A stretch of DNA of 58,537 nt, the filler included, from Sphacelaria rigidula (lineage: Eukaryota): NCBI GenBank assembly GCA_964200075.2. It is 7 parts of 7 records of this genome, joined end to end, with 100 filler letters (N's around TTAATTAATTAA, not from the genome) between each part and the next. Parts side by side here need not be neighbours in the genome. Positions count along the whole stretch, not along the records: positions 25,132 to 33,408 come from CAXNAA020011683.1; positions 33,509 to 41,785 come from CAXNAA020011684.1; 5 more parts are not named here. One strand, written 5' to 3'. The position numbers and the translations under genes are program-made. Of the stretch, positions 25,614-36,849 are shown piece by piece. Under the pieces are notes generated by a model. It was not told the DNA's origin. It made no database searches and saw only the letters and a list, made by a program, of their open reading frames with translations. The number at the start of each line of letters is the position of its first letter. The stretch's first letter is position 1.

Positions 25614-26714
25614 GCACAGGCACCGTAGGTAAGGTAGGTAACCGGTACCGGTATTTGGGACATCTCATACCCTACCGATACTGACCCAATCCGTTATTTA
25701 GAAATGCCATACCTACGATACCTGCGATACCAGGGTATTTCGAAATTTCAATACCTACCGTACCAGCCCAATCCAGTGTTTTGAAATGTCATACCTACCA
25801 TACCTACGGTACCAGGGTATTTCGAGATTTCAATACCTACCGTACTCGTCCAATTCGGTATTTTGAAATGTCACACCTACGATACCTACGACACAAGGGT
25901 ATTTCGAGATTTCAATACCTACCGCACCTGCCCAATCCGGTATTATTTTCAAAACTCATACCTACGGTACATACGCATACCACGGTATGGGATACCCCGG
26001 TACATACCGGGGGTACGCTCGGTACGATACCTTAGCTACGGTGCCTGTGAAAACTTCGACTGTCCAACTTGCACCCAGATCTGAAACCCTTCGCACTGCT
26101 AGATGGCATTTTTGAATTCGGTATAGAGGGTAAGGCAGGTACCCGGTACCGGTATTTGGGACACCTCATACCCTACCGATACCGACCCAATCCGGTATTT
26201 TGAAATGTCATACCTACGATACCTACGGTACCAGGGTATTTCGAAATTTCACAACCTACTGTACCTGCCAAATCCGCTATTATTTGAAATGTCATACCTA
26301 CGATGCCTGCGATACCAGGATATTTCGAGATTTCAGTACCTACCGTGCCCGCGCCATCCGGTATCTTGAAATGTAATACCTACGATACCAGGGTATTTCG
26401 AGATTTCAATACCTACCTACCGTACCCGCCCAATCCGCTATTTTGAAATGCCATACCTACGATGCCTGCGATACCAGGATGTTTCGAGATTTCAGTACCT
26501 ATCGTACCCGCGCAATCCGGTATCTTGAAATGTAATACCTACGATACCTACGATACCAGGGTATGTCGAGATTTCAATACCTACCTACCGTACCCGCCCA
26601 ATCCGCTATTTTGAAATGTCATACCTACGCATACCTATGCATACCACGGGATGGAATACCCCGGTAAATACCGGAGGTACGCTCGGCACGGTACCTTACC
26701 TACGGTGCCTGTGC
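25614..26714. mobile_element. Non-autonomous TIR element filled with an approximately 80-bp minisatellite
   Basis: Left end GCACAGGCACCGTAGGTAAGGTA, right end TACCTTACCTACGGTGCCTGTGC, flanked on both sides by AATACT. Internal tandem units resemble CCAATCCGGTATTTTGAAATGTCATACCTACGATACCTACGGTACCAGGGTATTTCGAGATTTCAATACCTACCGTAC. Confidence 0.85.
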
Positions 26715-27119
26715 AATACTGAATAGATTTTCCAATGAAAAGGAAGAAACAGTACTGAGCTACTGCTTACTCTTATTCCCAAAAACAAAACACGCTGCTC
26801 GCTTCCATAGTGCAGCACAAAACGGTCTCCTACTCTCTCCTTCGTACAATATCAGTGCTTTTCTCTGCTTCGTTCGCTCAATGCCGTAGGCTCGCTCCTC
26901 TGAGCCACTTGCTGGAGCTCTTTACGCGAAGACTCCTCGTAGTCGTCGTCGTCGTCGTGTCACTCTCCAGAAGCGTTTCCAGGGGCCCGGGTGAAGCACG
27001 CCAAATTGGAACACAACACCAATATGCGAATGGGATATAACCTACTGCCCATGCCGCGCGTACATCGGAACGCCCACAACATATACAGTCGGTATCCCCG
27101 CTGTAACAGTACACGTCGC

Positions 27120-28050
27120 CCAACGCTTAGTTCATTCGGCATGCACCGCATGTACATCTGCCTGCCCTTGAGTTCATGCGGCATGAGTCGCATGTACATC
27201 TGCCCGCCCTTGACTTTGAGCGGGACGAATCATGTGTACATCTCGCACAACGCTTAGTTCATTCAGCATTAGTCGCATGCACATCTGCCGTGGGGTATCT
27301 CGGTGTCGATGACACCCAAATGTATTTGCGGGGAAGGGGGGGGGGGTACGCAAACTACTATCGTGCTTCAAGTTGTGTGGTCTGAGGTGTGTTGTTAGAA
27401 CATCCATCACGTGTGTAGTGACGTTAAACAAATCGTCCGGTCCCGCACAGGGCGGCGATTTGTTCCCGCTTCCCACCCGTGGTTCATGAGTCATAAATTG
27501 TGGGCATATGATTTCCATCTTCCCTTCATACATGAATCGTGTGTACATGTATGTCACCTTCCCGTCATCCGGCATGAATCAGGGGTACGTATTCTCCCAT
27601 TTCCATCATGAATCCATGAATCATGGATACATGTGGCCCACCCCTTGGTTCACGCGGCATGAATCATTGATACATGTTTCCTACATTTAATTCATACCGC
27701 ATGAATCGTTCATGTATGTATCTCACCCTCAAGTGCATGAGGGATGAATCATGGGCACATATTTTCCGCCTCGTCTTCATGCGGGATGACTCATGGGTAT
27801 ATGTCGCCCACCCTTTGGTTTATGGGGGATGAATGATGAGTGTATCTTCCATCAATGATTCGTACGTGTTTTTTTAATACTGATTCGTGTTACACAACCT
27901 GAAGTGTACACATTTCAAGTCCATGGATTGTGCGGCATAAGCTTAGATATACTGAACCATTTGTGATTCGTACCGGATGACTCATTGATACATGATTCGC
28001 ACTCGAACATTCATGAGATGTCAACCCGTATGAAGTCTGATGATTCGTCC
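27120..28050. repeat. Degenerate tandem repeat (about 40-bp units rich in CATGAATC/GTACAT motifs)
   Basis: Recurring TTCAT.CGGCATGAATC.TG.GTAC/ATATGT..CCCACCC motifs over about 900 bp. Confidence 0.6.
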
Positions 28051-28671
28051 GAACCGTGGACAAGTTCCCCTGTGCTCGAGACATTGCAGCACAGAGTGCA
28101 TCGGTTTTCAACCATGCTTCCTCAAAGTCTGTCGGAATTGCTCCCTTACAGGAGAAGATTCAACCATTCGACCGCCAGGGTGAGTCATCTGTTGAATCGG
28201 TATCAGGTTCACTTTCACTTGAAAAAGTTACCACGTAACTCCAAATTACCTACCCCAGCGGTTCAAGAGCAAAGAGAGAAGTCAAACACGCCAGTGTTCA
28301 AGTCACTCAGCCTCGTGAGGGAGGGAATAGTGAAGTCACGCTCCAACCACGCACATTTCGCAGGAAGGGCGCAGAAGCAGCAGACACACCACACGGAACT
28401 CAGTGGTCTATAAAGTACAGTAGTTAGATTTGTACGACAACGCCCAGTTCCGGCGAATTTCTCGCGTTTGAAGCCCGAACAGATGATTTTTTTTCCCTTT
28501 GGACATCAATCTGCTTCGTCGTCGGAAACATGAGCATATGATAGACAAAACATGAAAATAACGTTGAAAGTCAGGCGGGCTGCGGTAACACCTGCACCGG
28601 CACCCCCTCAATTCGACTCTCACAGCACGCTGTTTCCGCTGTCGCTGCCAAAAATTCCAAGAGACTTCTCG

Positions 28672-28775
28672 CGCGGGGGGTATTCATGATCTCGCATACC
28701 GTAGTTCTATTGTCTTTGACCTCGTACCCCTACATGGCTGGCACGGAGCACGCCAGGTTTTCGTCGGACCCGGGC
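28672..28775 (-). repeat. Dispersed repeat, second copy of the 210-318 family
   Basis: Reverse complement CGACGAAAACCTGGCGTGCTCCGTGCCAGCCATGTAGGGGTACGAGGTCAA...GATCATGAATACCCCCC. Confidence 0.65.
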
Positions 28776-29137
28776 TCGAGAGGGGGGCGGGGGACGCCTC
28801 TCAAAACTCCCGAAAGAAGATTCTGAACGCAGCGAAAAAAAATCATGTAGATACACTGTTTCGCTGCCAGGAACAAAGAATGTGTATTCATTACACACGC
28901 AAAACAAACATCCACAGATGCCAACCCTCTCACCCCCAGGTAAGTGATGTGTCCATTCTTGCGCTTGAATCGGCATCATCTTCATCTGGAAAATAGTCAT
29001 CAAGCTCAGGTGTCCATTTGAGTCAAGATATCACAACATAATATCACGAAGGGCCAACGCCTGACTCGTGCTTTACTCTCACCCAACTCTCCGAGCATAC
29101 TTCTACACGCTGGCGGGTCACACGGAAATCGAAAATG

Positions 29138-29182
29138 ATATATATATATATATATATATAATATATATATATAGGTATATAT
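29138..29182. repeat. (AT)n microsatellite
   Basis: Imperfect ATATAT run. Confidence 0.9.
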
Positions 29183-29454
29183 GTACGATACATATGTATC
29201 AGAGAACTTTTCTTTCTTTGTTTTTGCGGCGCGTGCCACGTTTCGCCTTCGCTGCGGCAGTAGCCACGCCCTCCTCCCCGATCTCCCTGTGTTGTCCGTC
29301 GTTCCCCCCTCCTGCACTGTCGTCTCCGGCTGTGTCGTCTTCCCCGTCCTCGGTCTCTCTTGGCCGTTTGCTGGTCGCTCGCAGGGCCTTTACCCTCCTT
29401 ACCTGTGAAGATTATTGAAATAATAAAAGTTGATTCACGTGGGTAACAGGCGTT

Positions 29455-29466
29455 GTGTGTGTGTGT

Positions 29467-29498
<32 letters not shown>

Positions 29499-29867
29499 TT
29501 GTGTGTGTGTTTGTGTGTGTGACAGCGTCCCATCTATTCTGGACGCCATTACACACCTTTCGGTATATGTGGGCGCACCAAGCGGGGTCACGCAGGAGAA
29601 GGGCCAACAAGGGGGTTTATTTCTTCTCTTGTTTTTAGTACCCCACCTTCCTTCTGCGGTGCTTGCCTTATTTTTCATCGCGAGAGGGGTTCTGATGTCC
29701 CTTTCCCTCGTCGACCGTGAAGTCGTCTTTCGTGTACTAACGACATTGTCGCTCTCCACTGCTGGACAATATGTGAGAAAAATCCTAGATCGTGTGACTG
29801 TACCGAGATTCGAACGTACGACCCAACCGCCAGAAGGTTTCGAGATTCCCAACAGAGCCACCGGGGC
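29455..29867 (-). mobile_element. tRNA-derived SINE, apparently full length, with (CA)n tail
   Basis: Minus-strand head GCCCCGGTGGCTCTGTTGG (A-box-like)...GTTCGAATC (B box); body shared with 3975-4218; (CA)n 3' tail. Confidence 0.8.
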
Positions 29868-31302
29868 GACCGATAGAAGAGGGACGGGTGATGGCCATAA
29901 ATAAATCATTGGTGATCGGGCAGCGATTTTTCACAGCTTTAATGCCATCACACGCAGCAATTTGGCTTCTTCCAGATTTCCTCCGGGTGGGTAAAATTTT
30001 CGAGCCCCCAGAGGAATTGAACGCCTCGGGAGGGGTGCGCGGCAACCCGGGTCGGTAGAGTCTGGTTTCCTCCAGAGAGACTAGAGGCCTCTGGAGGCTT
30101 GTTTTCCCCCTGGAGGGCCGCGCATCCCGCCGGAGGCATTTTGGGGTGTAGTCAACTGGCCGCGTGTGATGTTTTTTTCTTCTCCGTTCATACATCAACG
30201 TACAAGCTGTATGGTTCTCTATCACGATTTGGGCATATCGTGCGTGGTGTACGTGTGTGCTTTACTGTCTTCGTTCTTGTACTCGCAACGTTCAGCAAAA
30301 TGCAGTCATCTTGGCTTTCGATTTCTCACGTGAAGGAGAGTCTTGATTTCCAAAGTTGAAAACAGGAGAAAATAAACATAATTCTCAAAACATTTTCCAA
30401 AGACTTCCTTTCGCGATCAATGCTGCACACCATGGCTTCTACAGCAAGATGATATAATCTTTGAATTGGATATCTTCGGGCGCACGCGCCATGTTCCACA
30501 ACCACATCGGTGACGCCCCACCCCGTTCAAGCAGTGCTACCAACGTCACCTACTGTACATAGTTGATGTTACGATATTCCGAAACCCACTACGTCGCAAC
30601 CCTCATGATATCCCTAGAAGTGCCTCGATCCCCAAATCCTACATTCCAGCGCTAAACCTCATCCAGCACAGGCCATGATCCACGACTTCTTTCGACCCCA
30701 CGAAATTCCCAGATTACAAGGCCCGGGACTTCATACATGGGGATGATATGGTAGTAAATGAAATAATTTGCGCGAGGGGGCCGAAATTTGAGGACAGGTT
30801 AAAATTCAGGCGAGCAACTTAAACATAGGAAATGTTATGCTTCACTGTACTGCAGCACAAACACACTCGAGCCCTCTCTCACGTGCTGTATGTAGCTATC
30901 ACTGTTCTGTGGTGTTTTTCGACCTTGCGACGACGGTTTGGTCTCCGCCGGGATTGCATGAGCTGCCGTTTTGTCAATCGGCACGGAGTGCTGTTTACAC
31001 ACTGACTGTTGAAAGTCTATGGTGTTTTGGCTGTTTCGTCCTCCGTAAAACGGACAAGGTACTGCGCAGACCCATAATTTGCGCGATACCAAATACGGCC
31101 GAGTACACACAACCAGTACCGGCACACGCCGCGCAACCTGCTGGTCCAGACCCCGTGCTCCGCTGAAAAGAGCAACGCACAGGACAGGGCGAGCGGGTAT
31201 GCTGCACAGACAGGGTACCGATTGCACCCGGCAACATGGCAGCCGCTGCTGCAGGCTGGCGCTAGGGCTCGTAGCCACATAAACTCGCAACCAGCCATAC
31301 TT

Positions 31303-31400
31303 TTGATTGATTGATTGTCGCATCTTTAACTGACCACCCACGGGTCCAGCTGTGGTCGCACGATATACGTACCCAAGAAACGCAAGATTGAAACACTCGC
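31303..31400 (-). repeat. Retroposon 3' end with (ATCA)n tail
   Basis: TTGATTGATTGATTGTCGCATCTTTAACTGACC...GTCCAGCTGTGGTC matches 43312-43405. Confidence 0.75.
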
Positions 31401-31580
31401 TCAAGAAAAGAAGGAACAGAAAGAAAAAAAAAAAAAGATAAAAATTCAACAAAAGCAAAGCACAGGAAGAGAAATGCAACCTACAAAAAAAAAGATAAAA
31501 TTATTGAAAAGGGAAAAGCGCAAGGAATTCAGGGTAGTAGAGTAGATACAGACACACACCAGTGGGCACCGCAATGTGAG

Positions 31581-31910
31581 ATGGGGATATTCCGATACAC
31601 GAGCATCGCATCGACCCCTTACGGCGGCAATGTACCACTCGCTGTCTGCGTGTCTGCTCCGTTTCTCTGCTGCTGTTATCCGTCTCGGCGCTACTATTCA
31701 TTCATGTACTGCAGTACGTACACTACGGGTGTGACTCAAATCTGCTAGCCAATCACAAGCATTTTTCACTATTACATGATCCACTACATAGATCGCATGT
31801 CACTGGGGCTATATAATGGATTCCACTGATTCCTTACTGAAGGGCCTCTTACTCGTTGAGTTTTTCATTTCACTACAAAATGTGTCCCCATGCATGGCCG
31901 TTGTGCCGAT
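31581..31910. repeat. Dispersed repeat of about 330 bp (second copy 49021-49355)
   Basis: TGGGGATA..TACACGAGCATCGC..GGCGGCAATGTACCACTCGCTGTCTGC..AGCCAATCACAAGCATTTTTCACTA..CACTACAAAA..TCCCCATG, collinear in both copies. Confidence 0.8.
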
Positions 31911-32719
31911 TTCAAGGTTATGATGGTAGTCACGAAGAAGGGGGTTGACGACAAAGCCCCCACCTCTATGTCGTATACGACACAGTATACCACACGTACG
32001 CTAAATAACACCCCCGTACGATCAACTTTGGACTTTGTCAGAAATCACGTTAATAAACTAGGGTAAAATGTAATATCACGTTGCACATCACCCCCTAAAC
32101 TACATCCCCTAAATGATGACCTTTTGGGGTCCCGAAAAAGGCGTCACCCACAGGTATTTATAATGACCAGACACGAGCCCTGAAAGGAACCCCTGGGCCT
32201 CCAAGAGACGAGAGAATAACCCCAACCCTGCATACATGCCCCACAGCGCACCTTCATGCTCGACAGATCCTGACGTCCCAGGTGGATACGTCCCACTTTG
32301 TCCCCGAACTCGTTTTCCGATATGTTCTTCGTCTTGCGAGTCTCAGCGCTGAAGATCGCGGGAAAAAAAACGAGAAAAAGAAAAAGTTTAGAAAAAAATA
32401 TGACCGTGAAGAAAAGATGGTCGCAAAACACCATCTCCTTCACGAAGGGGGGCCAGTCCCACAGCGAGATTATGTACCATAGCGACAGGTCGCCAACATT
32501 GCGGTAGCACCAGTGCAGATATAAAGGCAACCCCGATAATTGCGCCATATTCCATCATTTTGGCTTTGACAAATATCAGGCATTACGTTTCACGTTTGAA
32601 GGTCTCAATATCCCTCCCCCAGTTAACTGCACATGGGAGTCATGCCGCGATATCTCCCCCCCAAAAAATGGCTGGTTTGAGGAATCTACTTGTAAACCAA
32701 AATGACATGGGCCGAGCAC

Positions 32720-32872
32720 GCCAAGCAGCTGGGAATTCCCATGCTTGGGATCAGTTTCGTCAATGTTGCCCATATGAGGGGCTTCATGAAGTCTTGAACC
32801 AGCCATCATGCGCTGCATGGCCATTTACTTTGTGACCGTTTGGGGGCTGGCTTGGGTGGGGAGGTATTGCGG
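32720..32872 (+). repeat. Dispersed repeat of about 150 bp (also 33509-33590 + and 41193-41350 -)
   Basis: Shared core CATCA.GCGCTGCATGGC.ATTT...GTGAC..TTT..GCTGG(T/C)TTGGG..GGG. Confidence 0.6.
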
Positions 32873-33408
32873 TATCATTCATGGCATGATGAACCCACAT
32901 CCTGCGCCTACATGTTCCCACCGCGTCTTCTCGCATGTATCTAGCGATGCGATTGTTACACATGAAAGAGTGCAGCGTGCGTGGATCTACTCTTCAAGAC
33001 TAACTGGAGGATTTCCCGCCCAAGATCAAACTCTCAAAGTGATGGACGAGAGTCAAGACGTGAGTGTGGAAGGCCATACGGGTACTATCGTAGGTCATGT
33101 TCCACTCACACTCTTGGCTTCTTGATCGAAGCCTTCCATAGATCTGTGGCCGCAAAGCTTGTCCGCCGAATCACCAGGTCCATGGACGGACCCATCTCCT
33201 CCAGCTGGATGTTCGGAATCTGCGATGTGCATACGCGCAAAAACATTATACAGTGTGGGGAGAGACTTCTTTCGACAAAAAAATACGAATTTCTTTTTAT
33301 CGATCCTCCGTTTGCCAAAAGGTGATTCTTATTCCTGCCGCTATTCAATCGACTCGAGAGATTAGATTCTGCGCCCGCGTCCCGCCCCAGCCCCCCCCGC
33401 GCCCGCGC

Positions 33409-33508
33409 NNNNNNNNNNNNNNNNNNNNNNNNNNNNNNNNNNNNNNNNNNNNTTAATTAATTAANNNNNNNNNNNNNNNNNNNNNNNNNNNNNNNNNNNN
33501 NNNNNNNN
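33409..33508. other. Artificial contig linker
   Basis: Same spacer. Confidence 0.98.
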
Positions 33509-33593
33509 ACCCGAACATCAGGCGCTGCATGGCAATTTATCTCGTGACACTTTTAGCTGGTTTGGGGGGGGGGCTATCGTAGAAAGTGTCTTA

Positions 33594-35386
33594 GCTGAAA
33601 AGTATGTACAGGCTGGTCCAGCCTATGAACTATGCTGAGATCGTGGTTTGTATATCACGGGTGGCCGCTGACGCCCGTTTTCCCCTTGATTAGACTACTC
33701 ATACGATACGCGGATCACGGCCCACCTCGTCTGTGTCGATGAGATATTGCTTGAGGAGGTGCCCATCTGCTCGTGAAAAAATGGTCGTTACCACACGAAA
33801 ACGCCCAAGACTAGTGAAAAAAAATAATCTAAACCAACCTCACCCATAGTTTTGGTTCATTATGCCCTAGCGAGAGCCCACACAGAATTTCGATACACAA
33901 ACACCAAGCGTGGGCCGGTAAGTGGCCTGCAAAATACCGTTCCGAATTTCTACCGACCCGATTACTAAACGGCCCATTCAAGCCTCAATTTCTAGAGTGG
34001 GCCCCTGAAATTTGGTACGGACAATGAATAGGGCATTAGTTAAAAAATGAAGGACCAGTCTTTTTTTTTTTTACATGAGTTAGAGGCCATAATCACTGTT
34101 CAGGTCTCAGTAAAATGCCGTGACATCACGAAAAATAAATCTTCGGGTCGGTCTTTTTTTTTGCTTCCAATTATGCCCTATTCGTATTCCATACTGTACC
34201 AACTTTCAGGGACCAACTCTAAAAATTGATGTGAGAATGGGCCTGCAAACTGCAAATCCGCCTGTAGGCTGGCACATCTCGTAGCGGATTCGAATCCCGA
34301 TAGCATCACGGTAAGCGTGTATGATGAAAAGAGCACGGTGCATTAATAATCATGGTGAGAATCATGGCAAGTGATGGGTTTGGGGGGCGGCGTGTACACA
34401 GCAGCTGACCGCATCCGCCAACGAACGCCTCGGTAATTAACAAGGGGGCAGCAGGTTCGGTATCCCCCCCCCCCCCTCAAGAACTCAAAAATTCGATCTT
34501 GGGACCTACGTGTCCCAGAACCTTTTTTCGGCAGATTCTTGGTCTTGCACTTGTTCCTATACATTGCGCTCTCGGCCCATGAAGTTCTGGTCCCTAGCAC
34601 TAAGTTCTCCTTTGATGAATAAACCCGAGATTCTGCTTGCTTGCTTGCTTGCTTGCGCCATTTTTGTGCGCTTGGTTTCACGTGTTCGAGGATTGCATGT
34701 TTGGCCCGTAGAAAAAGGAGGGCTTCTCTGACGTCTACGGAAAAACTGGACCCAGCGAGGACAGCCGCAGCAGCGCGGCGGACGAAACCTTGTCTCAAGA
34801 ACGTCCTCGAAAGACACCCTTGCATGCACAACGACTGAGTGCTGCTAGCATGGAGATAGAACTGTATCATGTGCCATGTCGGCGCAGATACGGTACAGAC
34901 ACGAGTATCTCATCATATATGAAGGGCGACAGTAAATAAGACAGCACAGCCCCCCCCCCTCCCCTCTCGACGAGTCGACAGGGCCGAGCTACACACCAGC
35001 ACGTAATTCTACATGATATTTTATACAGCTCTCGATAACGAAACAAAGTATTACTCGGGTGGCCGCCGGTGCACCTTATTATGCGCATTTTGGAGAACCC
35101 CTATGTTGTTATGATACGTTGTGGATGAGTTGAAATGCGCGTACAGCGTGAATCAGGTCGTGAATGCACGCGTCGTCGCCTCGTGTGTAACCGTTGCAAA
35201 CCCGACCATCCTAGGACATCCACTTTCCGACTGGCCACACGCTGCACGCATACTATTTAAGTCGCCGATAAACTATCATAGGGATGCTCTCAATTGTGGA
35301 GAGCAGGTGTTAGCGGCACCCGTGATATACATACCACGATCTTAACATAGTTTATAGACTGGACCAGCCTGTACATACTTTCCAGC
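33594..35386. mobile_element. Non-autonomous TIR element (PIF/Harbinger-like, TTA target duplication), 1.8 kb
   Basis: TTA|GCTGAAAAGTATGTACAGGCTGGTCCAGCCTATGAACTATG...TATATCACGGGTG and its reverse complement ending CCTGTACATACTTTCCAGC|TTA; TIRs about 80 bp. Confidence 0.75.
33812..34281. mobile_element. Diverged copy of the hairpin MITE (44421-44882 family), nested in the TTA element
   Basis: Collinear with 44430-44882 (ATTATGCC.TAG.GAG.GCCCAC...CGTGGGCCGGTAA.TGG.CTGCAAA...CCCTGAAATTTGGTA.GGACAATGA.TAGGGC...AATGGGCCTGCAAACTGCA); left end approximate. Confidence 0.75.
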
Positions 35387-36849
35387 TTACTACTGCACTG
35401 TTTGAACCAGTAGTATATACTCTACCCACGCTGGCGGAGGATGGATGATGTGTCAATTTGACCGCTGGGGTGTACAACAGACAGCAATAATAGCGAGTAG
35501 CAGCACCACCAGTCGATCAATCAACACGTATGCGTGCATGTATGTGCTGCATAATAACTTGATGGCCTGAAAGAAAAAGAGCAAACAACGAGCGTCCGCC
35601 GGCCTGCTTCCCATCCGCCGGTTCGCGACCCAAAATAACGATAAACCATTACAGGGATATTACCGGAGGTCTCTGGAACGAGGTGCGCAGGACAGACAGG
35701 GGAGAAAGTGTATCATCTTCTTGTATTAACCCCTTCCATTCTTCACTCCACTCTTCACTCAACGAACGCACACCATGCAAGCTCCACCAGAGCTGAATAG
35801 GTAACCAGAAATGAACTGAGCACGATTTGGAGAATCGATTACATAGCTTCATATTCGGTAAACTCAGTCATACTATACTCCCGACAACTTGATTGTTCCA
35901 TCATTGTGCCACCTCCCAAATCTGTAGCACTCAATCTTCACCAAATTATATCCGATCTGCTCCTAAATCACACATACAAGAGCTCAGGTCGGCAATACTC
36001 TCATAGCCCCCCTTGCTGGAGCTTGGTCCTTGCCATCACATACATCATTATGCAGAAAAAATCATAGCCCCCTTCCCATGAAAATAAAAAATTGCTCACA
36101 AGGGAATTACTGTGAGCCTCCAAGGACTTGGCAATATAAGAGGCCAAACGTGTCACAAAAATAGTACCTCGTACAACATACGCCCCCCTAACTGGAGGTC
36201 AGCCCTTGCAATCCCAACAAGACAAAAATTCCCGCGGTCCCTCCACCATAAAAATCAAACAATGCTCATAATACAGTTGCGATGGAACTGAAAAAGACTC
36301 AGCAATGCAAGAGGCCAAGTTCATAAAAAAAATGGTACCTCCTACATTATACGCCCCCCTTGTCCTATATCACTTTCCCATTCCCGGGGGTATATTCCAT
36401 CAAATCTCAAGCCATATTTCTTCCGTAATCCACCACAAACTAACTTCCAAAATTCAAGTTTAAATAAATTAAATCAACCAAAAAGTATTCGTGATGTGTC
36501 ATGATGCATCAAAACGTTATTCATGTCATCAAATCCACTGACACCCTGACATTCGTCGTGACCATAGCGCTTGGTTGGAGTCATGAGCACTCATGCCAAA
36601 ACCTAAAGTCAGACGATGGAATCATTCAAACTACGTTGGCATTTCGGTAGTTCTAGAAACCGAGGTTGAAACAAATAAACTCGAACTCAACTACGGCAGC
36701 ACATATGCAATAGGTTCACGCGGCGATGCAGCACGATACACTTCAAAAAGCTCGGACCGAGATCCCTCCGAAAAATCAAAATAAAAAATCTGAATGTTCA
36801 AGCGTTTTCGACCTGCGCTAGCTACCTCCACGCAAAGTGATCCTCAACA

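Noticed and set aside
25680..26630. Regularly spaced repeats resembling a CRISPR array
   Set aside because: Units are repeated along their whole length with no unique spacers, are bounded by TIRs, lie in eukaryotic DNA and have no cas genes.
28560..28670. Sm-site-like AATTTTTGG on the minus strand suggesting an snRNA
   Set aside because: No recognisable U1/U2/U4/U5 sequence around it; directly follows a dispersed repeat tail.
29790..29867. Possible tRNA gene (minus strand)
   Set aside because: No complete cloverleaf; attached to a repeated body and (CA)n tail.
29412..29909. ORFs with CVCVCV/HTHTHT tracts (also 3774-4202 and the poly-Thr ORF 15111-15350)
   Set aside because: Translations of microsatellites and SINE bodies.
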